The translations under genes and the position numbers were made by a program. From the NCBI GenBank assembly GCA_963796055.1, contig CAWCKH010000005.1, positions 128,001-192,000 of the forward strand: DNA of 64,000 nt, read 5' to 3'. This document shows, piece after piece, positions 46,891 to 56,871 of this stretch (position 1 is its first letter; each line of letters starts with the position of its first letter). This DNA comes from an uncultured delta proteobacterium (GTDB lineage: Bacteria > Myxococcota > Myxococcia > Myxococcales > Myxococcaceae). The notes beneath the pieces are model-generated. The model searched no databases and was not told where the DNA came from. It worked only from the letters and a program-made list of their open reading frames with translations.

Positions 46891-49713
46891 GTGCTCCGGG
46901 ACTGGGTCGTCATCTCCGTCGCCTGCGCCTACCTGGGGCTCCTCTTCGCGATCGCCTACTACGGTGACCGGCGCGCCGACCGCGGGCGGAGCCTCATCGC
47001 GAACCCGTACATCTACTCGCTGTCGCTCGCGGTCTACGCGACCGCGTGGACTTTCTACGGCTCGGTCGGGCGCGCCGTCTCCACCGGCATCGGGTTCCTG
47101 CCCATCTACATCGGCCCGACGCTCATGTGCCTTCTGTGGTGGATCCTGCTGCGGAAGATCATCCTCATCAGCAAGGTCCACCGGATCACGTCGCTGGCGG
47201 ACTTCATCGCTTCCCGGTACGGCAAGAGCGCCCTCGTCGCGGGGCTCGTCACCGTCATCGCGGTGATCGGGATTCTCCCCTACATCTCGCTCCAGCTGAA
47301 GGCGATCTCCACCGCTTTCACGATCGTCCACTCGCACGACGTGGCGGTCGTCGGCGCGGGCCACGGCGGGCCGTTCCTCGGCGACACCGCGCTGTACGCG
47401 GCGCTCATCCTCGCCGCCTTCACCATCATTTTCGGGACCCGCCACCTCGACGCCTCGGAGCGACACGAGGGGATGGTCGCGGCGATCGCCTTCGAGTCGC
47501 TGGTGAAGCTCGTCGCCTTCCTGGCGGTGGGCGCGTTCGTGACCTGGGGCATGTTCGACGGGTTCCGGGACGTCTTCACGCGCTCCCGCGAGCTACCCGG
47601 GGTCGAGGCGCTCTTCGTCATCGGGGGAACGGGCGACGGGCACACGGGCATCCTGGCCTCCCTCTACTCCGCGACCTTCTTCGCCATGCTCGCGATCCTG
47701 TTCCTGCCCCGGCAGTTCCAGGTCGCGGTGGTCGAGAACGTCGACGTCGACCACGTGAAGACCGCGATCTGGCTGTTCCCGCTCTACTTGCTGGTCATCA
47801 ACTTCTTCGTGCCGGCGATCGCCTTCGGGGGGATGCTCCACTTCGCCGGCACTCCGGTCGATCCGGACACGTACGTGCTCACCCTGCCGCTCTCCAGGGG
47901 CCAGAACGGGCTCGGGCTGCTCGTCTTCATCGGAGGGCTCTCCGCGGCGACCGGAATGGTGATCGTCGAGACGATCGCGCTCTCCACCATGGTCTGCAAC
48001 GACCTCGCCATGCCGCTGCTGCTGCGCTGGCGCGCGCTGCGGCTGAACCAGCGGCCGGATCTCACCGGACTCCTGCTGGGCATCCGGCGCGGGGCGATCC
48101 TGGTGATGCTGCTCCTCGGCTACCTCTACTTCCGGATAGCGGGGGAGGCCTACGCGCTGGTGTCGATCGGCCTCATCTCCTTCGCCGCGGTGGCGCAGTT
48201 CGCACCCGCCTGCCTGGGCGGGCTCTTCTGGAAGGGCGGTACGCGCGCCGGCGCCCTCGCCGGCCTCTCCGCCGGATTCCTGGTCTGGCTCTACACCCTC
48301 CTCGTCCCGGCGTTCGCGAAGTCGGGCTGGGTGCCCATGTCCATCGTCGAGGCGGGGCCGTTCGGGGTGGAGGCCCTGAGGCCCCTGCAGCTCTTCGGGC
48401 TCACCGGCCTCGACCAGATCACCCACGGGATGATCTGGTCCATGCTGGCCAACGTGGGGGCCTACATCGGGTTCTCGCTGTCGACCACCCAGAGCGCGGT
48501 CGAGCACAGCCAGGCGACGCTGTTCGTGGACGTGTTCAAGCACTCCGCCGCCGGCACCGGGTCGCTCTTCTGGCGGGGCGGCGTGTCGGTCCAGGAGCTG
48601 CGCGCGCTCCTCTCGCGCTTCCTCGGGGCGGACAAGGCCGACGAGGTGCTGGAGGGCTACGCGCGCGATCGTCGCCTGCTGTCGGCGTGGGAGGTCGACG
48701 CCGACGCGAACCTCATCCAGTTCGCCGAGACGAAGCTGGCCGGCGCCATCGGCGGAGCGTCGGCCCACGCGATGGTGGCGTCGGTCGTGAAGGAGGCCCC
48801 GCTCACCATGGACGAGGTGATGTCCATCCTCGACGAGGCCTCGCAGATCATGAAGTACAGCCGGGAGCTGGAGAAGACGTCGCGGGAGCTCACCAGCGCG
48901 TACGCGGAGCTCAGGAGCGCAAACGAGCAGCTGAAGGAGCTGGACAGGATGAAGGACGACTTCGTCTCCCACGTCTCGCACGAGCTCCGCACCCCTCTCA
49001 CCTCCATCCGCTCGGCCTCCGAGATTCTCCACGACCATCCCGAGCTCGATGCCGCCACCCGCACCAAGTACCTGTCGGTCGTCATCCAGGAGGCGGAGCG
49101 GCTCACCCGCCTGATCAACCAGGTCCTCGACCTCTCGAAGATCGAGGCCGGCCGGGTCGAGTGGCGGATCGGGGAGGTGAGCCCGCGCGAGGTGGTCGAG
49201 CACGCCGTGGCGGCGACGAGCCAGCTCTTCGCCCAGAAGGCGGCGACGCTGGAGGTCGACGTGCCGGTGGAGGCCCCGCGGATCCTCGCCGATCGGGACC
49301 GCCTCGTGCAGGTGGTGATCAACCTCCTCTCGAACGCGGCCAAGTTCTGCGCCGACCCGGGCGGCCGGGTCTCCATCTCGCTGCGCGCGGAGCCGGGGGC
49401 GGTCCGCGTCGACGTGCGTGACAACGGGATGGGGATCGCGGCGAAGGACCAGGAGCTCATCTTCGAGAAGTTCCGCCAGGGGGGCGACACCCTCACCACC
49501 AAGCCGAGGGGAACCGGCCTGGGGCTCCCGATCAGCCGCGAGATCATCCACCACTTCGGGGGGCGCCTCTGGGTGGAGAGCGAGCCCGGGAGAGGAGCCA
49601 CCTTCTCGTTCGTCATCCCGCTCCGCCGTCAGCCGGAGGTGGGCGGTGGCGACGTGCGGGACGCTCGCGCCGCTGCGCTCGGCGCGTCCGGGACGGAGGC
49701 CGGTGCCAGCTGA
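46891..49713 (+). CDS. CrbS/MxtR-like SLC5-STAC histidine kinase
   Basis: LSLAVYATAWTFYGSVG, TSLADFIASRYGKS, LPRQFQV; STAC (IGGASA); SHELRTPL; GTGLGL. Confidence 0.9.
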   Translation: MLRDWVVISVACAYLGLLFAIAYYGDRRADRGRSLIANPYIYSLSLAVYATAWTFYGSVGRAVSTGIGFLPIYIGPTLMCLLWWILLRKIILISKVHRITSLADFIASRYGKSALVAGLVTVIAVIGILPYISLQLKAISTAFTIVHSHDVAVVGAGHGGPFLGDTALYAALILAAFTIIFGTRHLDASERHEGMVAAIAFESLVKLVAFLAVGAFVTWGMFDGFRDVFTRSRELPGVEALFVIGGTGDGHTGILASLYSATFFAMLAILFLPRQFQVAVVENVDVDHVKTAIWLFPLYLLVINFFVPAIAFGGMLHFAGTPVDPDTYVLTLPLSRGQNGLGLLVFIGGLSAATGMVIVETIALSTMVCNDLAMPLLLRWRALRLNQRPDLTGLLLGIRRGAILVMLLLGYLYFRIAGEAYALVSIGLISFAAVAQFAPACLGGLFWKGGTRAGALAGLSAGFLVWLYTLLVPAFAKSGWVPMSIVEAGPFGVEALRPLQLFGLTGLDQITHGMIWSMLANVGAYIGFSLSTTQSAVEHSQATLFVDVFKHSAAGTGSLFWRGGVSVQELRALLSRFLGADKADEVLEGYARDRRLLSAWEVDADANLIQFAETKLAGAIGGASAHAMVASVVKEAPLTMDEVMSILDEASQIMKYSRELEKTSRELTSAYAELRSANEQLKELDRMKDDFVSHVSHELRTPLTSIRSASEILHDHPELDAATRTKYLSVVIQEAERLTRLINQVLDLSKIEAGRVEWRIGEVSPREVVEHAVAATSQLFAQKAATLEVDVPVEAPRILADRDRLVQVVINLLSNAAKFCADPGGRVSISLRAEPGAVRVDVRDNGMGIAAKDQELIFEKFRQGGDTLTTKPRGTGLGLPISREIIHHFGGRLWVESEPGRGATFSFVIPLRRQPEVGGGDVRDARAAALGASGTEAGAS

Positions 49714-49724
49714 ACGGAGCCAGC

Positions 49725-50096
49725 ATGAAGAAGAGAGTCCTGATCGCCGACGACGAGCCGAACATCGTCATGTCACTCCAGTTCCTCATGGAGTTCGAGG
49801 GGTACGAGGTGCGGACCGCGGCCGACGGGGAGACGGCCCTCCAGATCCTCCGCGACTTCCGTCCCGACCTGGTCCTGCTCGATGTGATGATGCCAAAGCG
49901 AAACGGCTACGAGATCTGCCAGGCCGTGCGCGAGACGCCCGCCCTGGCGGGCATCAAGGTGGTGATGCTGACCGCGAAGGGGCGTGACATCGACGCCGAG
50001 AAGGGCCTCGCCCTCGGCGCCGATTCCTACGTCACGAAGCCGTTCGCCACGAAGGAGCTGGTGGCCACGGTGAAGGCGTTGCTCGGCGACGCGTGA
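49725..50096 (+). CDS. Single-domain response regulator
   Basis: ADDEPNI, LLDVMMP, LTAKG, KPF. Confidence 0.92.
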   Translation: MKKRVLIADDEPNIVMSLQFLMEFEGYEVRTAADGETALQILRDFRPDLVLLDVMMPKRNGYEICQAVRETPALAGIKVVMLTAKGRDIDAEKGLALGADSYVTKPFATKELVATVKALLGDA

Positions 50097-52288
50097 TGGC
50101 GAGGCTCGCCAAGGCCAGGTTCGCGCTCGTCCTCGTGGGCTCCCAGGCCCTGGCGATCGTCGCGGCCGCGCTGGTCTGCGCAGGGGTGTGGGCCGCGCTC
50201 GGGCCCGACGAGCGTTCCGCCCTCGCCGCCGGCGTGGCGGAGCGGGCCCCGCTGCTCGTCGGTCTCGGGATCGGCCTGCTCGCCGGCCACTGGCTCCTGG
50301 TGTGGGTCCTCGTCCAGCAGCACGTGGCCGCCCCCCTCGCGCTCGCGCAGGGGACCCGCCTCGTCACCCACGGGAACGCCTCCCACCGGCTCGAGCCACT
50401 CGGCGGAGCGGAGCTCCGTGAGCTGGCGGACGCGATCAACGCGCTCGCCGGCGAGCGCGAGACGCTCCGCGGCGAGTTCGAGGCGAGGGTGGCGGAGGCG
50501 CAGCAGCGGCTGGGGGAGGAGCGCGATCGGCTCGCCGCGATCGTCGCCGAGTCGTCGCAAGCGGTGCTCGTCTGCAACCTCGAGGGGCGTATCCTCCTCT
50601 ACAACATGAAGGCGCGGGAGCTCCAGGGCAGGGCGACCGACGGGACGTCGCCGGACGGCGGAGCCGGCCTGGTGGGGCTGGCGCGGTCGGTGTTCGTGAT
50701 CCTCGAGCGGGCCCTGGTCGCCCACGCCCTGGAGACGATCCAGGCACGCCTGGAGAAGGGGACACAACATCCCGTGGCGAGCTTCGTCACCGCCGGCGGC
50801 GATCGGCTCCTGCGCGTCCACGTCTCACCCGTCCTGCGCGGCGGGCGCGCGACGCAGGACGCGGACGACCCCGCCCCGCGCGGCGCCGGGACGAGCGCCA
50901 TCACCGGGTTCGTTCTCCGCATCGACGACGTCACCCGGCAGCTCCAGGCGGGGAGCCGCACCGAGGCCGCCCTTCAGGCGCTCACCGACGCGAGCCGGCG
51001 CGCGCTCGCCAACATCCGCGCGGCGGTGGAGACGCTCCTCGCCCACCCGGGCCTGGAGGCCGAGCGGCGGGCCGGGTTCGTCGGGGTCATCCACGACGAG
51101 GCGTCGGCCCTCTCGGCCACCCTCGACCGCGCCGCACCCGAGCTCACCTCGCTACGGGCCGAGTTGCTCCTCGAGAACATGCAGGGAGCCGACCTCCTCT
51201 CGGCGGCGCGCTCGCGCATCGAGGGCATTCTCGGCCTGTCCACGACCCTCGACGAGATCGATCCCGGGCTCTGGCTCAAGGTGGAGAGCTACTCCCTGGT
51301 GCGGGCCGTCACCTCGATCGGGAGCCGGCTCCAGCGCCGGGGCGTCCGGGAGCTGCGGCTGGCGCTCGGGCGGGCCGGCCCGCGGGCGCACCTCGACGTC
51401 ACCTGGTCCGGCGCCGACGTGCCGACCGAGGTCCTCGCTCGCTGGGAGGACGAACCCCCCGACGTCGACGGGGAGCCCATGCCGCCCACGCTCAGAGCGG
51501 TGGTCGAGCGCCACGACGGAGCGGTCTGGTCCCAGGGGGACCGTCCCTCCGCGCCCGGATTCATCCGGCTGGTCCTCCCGGTGGCGGAGGCGGAGCAGGC
51601 GCCGCTCGCCTCCCCCCTCACGCGCGGCCGGCCCGAGTTCTACGATTTCGACCTGTTCCACCAGGCGGGGCAGACCCCGGAGCTGGACGAGCGGAAGCTC
51701 ACGGCGCTCGAGTACACCGCCTTCGACACCGAGACCACCGGGCTCTCCCCCTCCGGCGGCGACGAGATCATCTCCATCGGCGCGGTGCGCATCGTGAACG
51801 GGCGGCTGCTCCACCAGGAGGCCTTCGAGCAGTTCGTGGACCCCGGGAGGCCGGTGTCGCCGGAGACGGTCCGGATCACCGGCATCGATCCTGCGCTCCT
51901 CCGGGGCAAGCCGCCGATTGGGGAGGTCCTCCCCCGGTTCCATCGCTTCTGCGAGGGCACCGTGCTCGTCGCGCACAACGGCGCCTTCGACCTGCGCTTC
52001 CTCCAGCTGAAGGAAGAAGTGGCCGGGGTCCGCTTCACGCACCCGGTGCTCGACACCCTGCTCCTCGCCGAGCTGATCCAGCCGGACCTCCCCCCCACCG
52101 GGCTCGAGGGCATCGCCGAACGGTTCGCCGTTCCCGTGCTCGGGCGGCACACCGCGCTCGGCGATGCGATCATGACCGGCGAGATCTTCCTCAGGATGGT
52201 CCCCCTGCTGAGGGCGCGGGGCATCGAGACGCTCCGCGAGGCCAGGGAGGCGTCGCAGCGGACCTGGGCCGCACGCCTGGAGTACTGA
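50096..52288 (+). CDS. Membrane HAMP-PAS-degenerate kinase fused to a DEDDh (DnaQ-like) 3'-5' exonuclease
   Basis: 2 TM, HAMP (ELRELADAINAL), PAS (AVLVCNLEGRILLYN), His-less HisKA-like helix, FDTETTG / AHNGAFD / HTALGDA. Confidence 0.85.
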   Translation: MARLAKARFALVLVGSQALAIVAAALVCAGVWAALGPDERSALAAGVAERAPLLVGLGIGLLAGHWLLVWVLVQQHVAAPLALAQGTRLVTHGNASHRLEPLGGAELRELADAINALAGERETLRGEFEARVAEAQQRLGEERDRLAAIVAESSQAVLVCNLEGRILLYNMKARELQGRATDGTSPDGGAGLVGLARSVFVILERALVAHALETIQARLEKGTQHPVASFVTAGGDRLLRVHVSPVLRGGRATQDADDPAPRGAGTSAITGFVLRIDDVTRQLQAGSRTEAALQALTDASRRALANIRAAVETLLAHPGLEAERRAGFVGVIHDEASALSATLDRAAPELTSLRAELLLENMQGADLLSAARSRIEGILGLSTTLDEIDPGLWLKVESYSLVRAVTSIGSRLQRRGVRELRLALGRAGPRAHLDVTWSGADVPTEVLARWEDEPPDVDGEPMPPTLRAVVERHDGAVWSQGDRPSAPGFIRLVLPVAEAEQAPLASPLTRGRPEFYDFDLFHQAGQTPELDERKLTALEYTAFDTETTGLSPSGGDEIISIGAVRIVNGRLLHQEAFEQFVDPGRPVSPETVRITGIDPALLRGKPPIGEVLPRFHRFCEGTVLVAHNGAFDLRFLQLKEEVAGVRFTHPVLDTLLLAELIQPDLPPTGLEGIAERFAVPVLGRHTALGDAIMTGEIFLRMVPLLRARGIETLREAREASQRTWAARLEY

Positions 52289-52308
52289 GTCTCTCGAGCG
52301 ACGGCAGC

Positions 52309-53772
52309 TCACCAGGAGAGCTGGGTGCGGAACCGGTCGGCCAGTCCCCGCTGGAACCAGCGAATGGTCCGGAAGGCCTGGCGGAGGGCGGCGCGGTCGA
52401 TGGCGTCGAGGCGGGAAGGGTCGACCTGGGTCGAGGGAGGCCGGACTTCCATGGCCGCGCCCAGCTCGGTATCGAGGCGGGCCCGGAGCAGCGTCTCCAG
52501 GGCGTGAGTCAGGTCGCGGCCCTCCTCCGCGCCCAGGGCCCCGGCGTCCACCGCGCGGGCGACACGGGCGGAGGTGCCGGTGTCCTTCATGCCAAGCTGC
52601 ACCGCGTAGGCCCGCATCCCGTGCACCAGAGGGAAGAGCCCCAGCGCCTTGACGTCGAAGCGCCCCCGATGGGGGCCATGGCGGGCAACCCGGAAACGGC
52701 CGAAGAGCCCCAGAGGCGGATCCCGCCGCAGGGCTTCGCGCGCCAGACGCTGGTGGAAGGGCGCGTACCGGGGAGCCTGCGTGCACGCCCAGGTCCACAC
52801 TTCGCTCGCCACCGCCTCGTCACCGGCGACGAACCGCCAGTCGAAGAACACGCTCGCCTCGACCAGGGCATCGTCCTCCGGACGTTCCATCCACTCGAGA
52901 AATCGCTCCTTCCACCGCCCGACGTCGAGGCGCCACCGGGGGTTGGTCGCCATGAAATTCCCGGGACAGTGGGGAACGCCAAGTGCCGCCAGTCTCTGGG
53001 CGATGCCCTCGGCCAGTCGAGTGAAGTACTCCCTGGCCGGGCCGTCGTCCGCGCCGAGGGCGTACACCAGCCCGTTGTCCTGGTCGGTGACCATGGTCTG
53101 CTCGCGGCGGCCTTCGCTGCCTCCCACCACCAGGGCATACGGCACCGGCGGTCGTCCGTGCCCCTCGGCAGCCAGCGCTTGCTCGGCAAGCTGCGTCACC
53201 CGGCGCAGGGTCCGGCTGTGGACCTCGGCGACGAGCTCGGTCACCTCGATGGCCGGGAGGCCGGCGCGGACCAGGCCCCGAACCAGCGGAGGGAGCCGCG
53301 ACTCGGCGGCGCGAATCCCGTCCAGGGAGGCCGCGGCGTCCACCGCCTGGGTGAGCGAGGCCGGATGCCCCGCTTCGAGCGGAACGAAGTCGTCGGTGAA
53401 GAGCACGCCGATCAGCTGACCGTCCCCGTCAACCACCGCCAGGTGGTGGAGCGCCGTGCGAGTCATCTCCCGGAGCGCGGTGAAGGCCCAGTCCTCGCCG
53501 CGCACCGTTTTCACCGGGGCGGACATGATCCCCGAGACCGGTCCCGAGGGTGGATACCCGCCGGCGACGACCTTGGAGCGAAGGTCCCGGTCGGTGACGA
53601 TCCCGATCGGGGTTCCTTTGTTCGCGACCACCGCCGCGCCGGTGTGTCGCTCGGTCATCGCCCTGGCCACGGCCGCCACGGCCTCGGTCGGGGCTGCGGT
53701 CACCAGCGGGCGACTCAGCAGCTCGCGGGTCCGGAGGCGGTGCAGCCAAGTCTGCAGGCGAGCGTCGGGCAT
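52309..53772 (-). CDS. CBS-domain DUF294 putative nucleotidyltransferase (copy 1)
   Basis: CBS pair (GIVTDRDLR), GSEGRREQT..TDQDNG, CPGNFMA.NP.W, IFFD-like motif. Confidence 0.9.
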   Translation of the reverse strand: MPDARLQTWLHRLRTRELLSRPLVTAAPTEAVAAVARAMTERHTGAAVVANKGTPIGIVTDRDLRSKVVAGGYPPSGPVSGIMSAPVKTVRGEDWAFTALREMTRTALHHLAVVDGDGQLIGVLFTDDFVPLEAGHPASLTQAVDAAASLDGIRAAESRLPPLVRGLVRAGLPAIEVTELVAEVHSRTLRRVTQLAEQALAAEGHGRPPVPYALVVGGSEGRREQTMVTDQDNGLVYALGADDGPAREYFTRLAEGIAQRLAALGVPHCPGNFMATNPRWRLDVGRWKERFLEWMERPEDDALVEASVFFDWRFVAGDEAVASEVWTWACTQAPRYAPFHQRLAREALRRDPPLGLFGRFRVARHGPHRGRFDVKALGLFPLVHGMRAYAVQLGMKDTGTSARVARAVDAGALGAEEGRDLTHALETLLRARLDTELGAAMEVRPPSTQVDPSRLDAIDRAALRQAFRTIRWFQRGLADRFRTQLSW

Positions 53773-53904
53773 CCTCGGGAGCGCGCGGTTGGGCCGAGCA
53801 GGTTTTCAGATTCCTCCCACTCCCGCCATCCGGTGGCAGGGGTTGAACCCATCGGAGGCGCCTCTGGGGTGGCCCCGACCTCGGAATCTCTTGAGGATGG
53901 CATT

Positions 53905-55371
53905 TCAGGAGAGCTGGGTGCGGAACCGGTCGGCCAGTCCCTGCTGGAACAGGCGAATCGTCCGGAATGCCTCGCGGAGGGCGGCCCGATCGATGGCGTC
54001 GAGACGGGAGGGGTCGACCTGGCTCGAGGGAGGATGTCCTTCCATCGTCGCGCCCAGCTCTGCATCGAGGCGCGTGTGGAGCAGCGTTTCCAGAGCGTGA
54101 CTCAGGTTGCGGCCCTCCCCCGAGGGCAGGGCCCCCGCCTCCACCGCGCCGGCGATGCGGGCTGAGGTCCCGGTGTCCTTCAGACCGAGCTGCACCGCGT
54201 AGGTCCTCATCCCGTGCACCAGGGGGAAGAGCCCCAGCGCCTTGACGTCGAAGCACCCCCGATGCGGGCCGCGGTGGGCCACCCGGAAGCGGCCGAAGAG
54301 CCCGAGCGGCGGATCCCGGCGCAAGGCTTCGCGTGCCAGGCCCTGGTGGAAGGGCGCGTACCGGGGAGCCTGCCCGCAGGCCCAGGTCCACACCTCGCTT
54401 GCCACCGCCGCGTCGCCGGCGACGAACCGCCAGTCGAAGAACACGCTCGCCTCGACCAGGGCGTCGCCCTCCGGCCGTTCCATCCACTCCAGAAAGCGCT
54501 CCTTCCAACGCCCGACGTCGAGGCGCCACCGGGGGTTGACCGCCATGAAATTTCCGGGACACGGGGGAACGCCCAGCGCCGCGAGCCTCTGGGCGATGCC
54601 CTCGGCCAGTCGGGTGAAGTACTCGCCGGCCGCGCCTGCGACATCCTCGGCGACGGGGGTGTAGACCAGCCCGTTGTCCTGATCGGTGACCATGGTCTGC
54701 TCCCGCCGACCCTCGCTGCCCCCCACCACCAGGGCATACGGCACCGGTGGTCGTCCGTGCCCCTCGCTGGCCAGGCCCTCCTCGGCAAGCTGAACCACCC
54801 GCCGAAGTGTCCGGTCGTGGACCTCGGCCACCAGCTGCGTCACCTCGATGGCTGGGAGGCCTCCGCGGATGAGCCCCCGCACCATCCCGGGGAGGCGGGC
54901 TGCCGCAACCCGGAGCGCATCCGGCGAGGTCGCGGCGTCCACCTCCTTCACCACCGAGGCCGGATGCCCCCTCTCGAGTGCGAGGAAGTCATTGCTGGAG
55001 ATGACCCCGAGGAGCTCGCCTTCCCCATCGACCACTCCCAGGTGATGGATGGCCGAGCGGGTCATCTCCCGGAGCGCGATGAAGGCCCAGTCCTCGGCGC
55101 GAACGGTCTTCAGCGGCGCGGACATGATTCCCGACACCGGCCCCGAGGGAGGGTAGCCGCCAGCGACAACCTTGGAGCGAAGGTCGCGATCGGTCACGAT
55201 TCCCACCGGCGTCCGGCCGGTGGCGATCACCGCCGAGCCGATGCGGCGCTCGCTCATCGCTCGGGCGACGGCAGCGACGGCTTCGGTCGGCGCGGTGAGG
55301 AACGGGGGCCGGGTCACCAGCTCCCTGGCCCGCAGGCGGTGCAGCCCGGTTTCGAGGCGAGCGTCCGGCAT
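53905..55371 (-). CDS. CBS-domain DUF294 putative nucleotidyltransferase (copy 2)
   Basis: Same motifs; long near-identical stretches shared with copy 1. Confidence 0.9.
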   Translation of the reverse strand: MPDARLETGLHRLRARELVTRPPFLTAPTEAVAAVARAMSERRIGSAVIATGRTPVGIVTDRDLRSKVVAGGYPPSGPVSGIMSAPLKTVRAEDWAFIALREMTRSAIHHLGVVDGEGELLGVISSNDFLALERGHPASVVKEVDAATSPDALRVAAARLPGMVRGLIRGGLPAIEVTQLVAEVHDRTLRRVVQLAEEGLASEGHGRPPVPYALVVGGSEGRREQTMVTDQDNGLVYTPVAEDVAGAAGEYFTRLAEGIAQRLAALGVPPCPGNFMAVNPRWRLDVGRWKERFLEWMERPEGDALVEASVFFDWRFVAGDAAVASEVWTWACGQAPRYAPFHQGLAREALRRDPPLGLFGRFRVAHRGPHRGCFDVKALGLFPLVHGMRTYAVQLGLKDTGTSARIAGAVEAGALPSGEGRNLSHALETLLHTRLDAELGATMEGHPPSSQVDPSRLDAIDRAALREAFRTIRLFQQGLADRFRTQLS

Positions 55372-55467
55372 CGTTGATCGCGGTCTCGGCCGGCCGAGGT
55401 TCCCAGGTTCCACCCCCCCGCGCCATGCCGATGGAGCAGCGGCCACGCCCCGGCTAACCTCCGGCGG

Positions 55468-56796
55468 ATGCACCGTCCGCTCGTCGTGGCGGTCACCTCG
55501 ACCTCAGAGCTCGGCCACCGCTTCCCCGCCTGGAGCGTCATCCCCTTTGCCCTGATGCTCCTTGCCATCGCCGTCCTGCCGCTGGTCGCCGGCCGGTACT
55601 GGGAGAGGAACCGCAACAAGGCCGTCCTCAGCGTGGTGCTCGGGGCACCGGTGGCGATCTGGACCGCGCTGCTCGACAGCGGAGCCTTGCTGCACACGGC
55701 GACCGAGTACCTGGCCTTCATCGTCCTCCTCGGGGCCCTCTTCGTCATCGCTGGGGGGGTGGTGGTCCGCGGTACACTGGCCGGGACGCCCGGTGTCAAT
55801 GCCGTGCTGCTCGGTAGTGGCGCCGTCCTGGCCTCGCTGATCGGAACCACCGGCGCGTCGATGGTTCTCATCCGTCCACTTCTCCGGGCGAACTCCATCC
55901 GGCTGCGAAAGTCGCACGTGGTGGTCTTCTTCATCTTCGTGGTGGCCAACGCCGGTGGGCTCCTCACGCCGCTGGGGGATCCGCCACTGTTCCTCGGCTA
56001 CCTTCGCGGCGTCCCGTTCACCTGGACCCTCGGGCTCTGGAAGGCGTGGCTCGTGGTCAACGGCGCCCTGCTGCTCGTCTTCTACATCGTCGACTCCACG
56101 GTCTTCCGCCGGGAGGATCTGCAGCGCCCGGGGGACCTCGACGAGATCGCCGTGGCCCACCAGATCCCCATCCACATCGCCGGCTGGAGGAGCCTGGGCT
56201 ACCTGGGCGGGCTCCTGGCGGTGCTCGTGGTGTCGGGCACCCTGCGGCTCCCGGTGCTGCTGCAGACCGGAGCGATGCTGATGGTGACCGCCCTCTGCTG
56301 GCTGACCACCCCGCGCACGCTCCGCACCGAGAACGCCTTCAGCTGGCACCCCATCGTGGAGGTGGCGATCCTCTTCGCCGGGATCTTCGCCACGATGATT
56401 CCTCCGCTGGCCATCCTCAATGCGCGCGGGGGAGAGCTCGGGCTGCAGCAACCGTGGCAATACTTCTGGGCCACCGGCGCGCTCTCCTCCTTCCTGGACA
56501 ACGCGCCCACCTATCTGGTGTTCGCCTCTGCGGCCAGTGGCCAGGTGGGCACCGATGCCGCCAACCTGGGTCAGCTCGTGGCGAGCGAGCGCGGCGCGCA
56601 GCTCCTCACCGCCGTGTCCCTGGGCGCGGTCCTGATGGGAGCGAACACCTACATCGGCAACGGGCCCAACTTCATGGTGAAGGCCATCGCCGAGCACGCC
56701 GGCGTCCGGATGCCAGGATTCTTCCGGTACCTCGGCTACAGCGCGGTCACGCTCCTGCCCCTCTTCTACGCAGTGAGCCAAGCCTTCCTGGATTGA
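55468..56796 (+). CDS. Ion-transporter superfamily permease (putative Na+:H+ antiporter / citrate transporter-like)
   Basis: IGTTGASM.LIRP, GGLLTPLGDPPLFLG, SSFLDNAPTY, GANTYIGNGPNFMVK. Confidence 0.85.
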   Translation: MHRPLVVAVTSTSELGHRFPAWSVIPFALMLLAIAVLPLVAGRYWERNRNKAVLSVVLGAPVAIWTALLDSGALLHTATEYLAFIVLLGALFVIAGGVVVRGTLAGTPGVNAVLLGSGAVLASLIGTTGASMVLIRPLLRANSIRLRKSHVVVFFIFVVANAGGLLTPLGDPPLFLGYLRGVPFTWTLGLWKAWLVVNGALLLVFYIVDSTVFRREDLQRPGDLDEIAVAHQIPIHIAGWRSLGYLGGLLAVLVVSGTLRLPVLLQTGAMLMVTALCWLTTPRTLRTENAFSWHPIVEVAILFAGIFATMIPPLAILNARGGELGLQQPWQYFWATGALSSFLDNAPTYLVFASAASGQVGTDAANLGQLVASERGAQLLTAVSLGAVLMGANTYIGNGPNFMVKAIAEHAGVRMPGFFRYLGYSAVTLLPLFYAVSQAFLD

Positions 56797-56871
56797 CGGA
56801 CTCGGCGAGCGGGGGACCCATCCACCGAGAGCGCCTCCTGCAGCCGAGTTGCAGTGAGACTGCGCCTCTGT

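Noticed and set aside
50096..52288. Annotation as DNA polymerase III epsilon (dnaQ)
   Set aside because: Membrane-anchored sensor fusion in a signalling operon; a replicative role is unlikely
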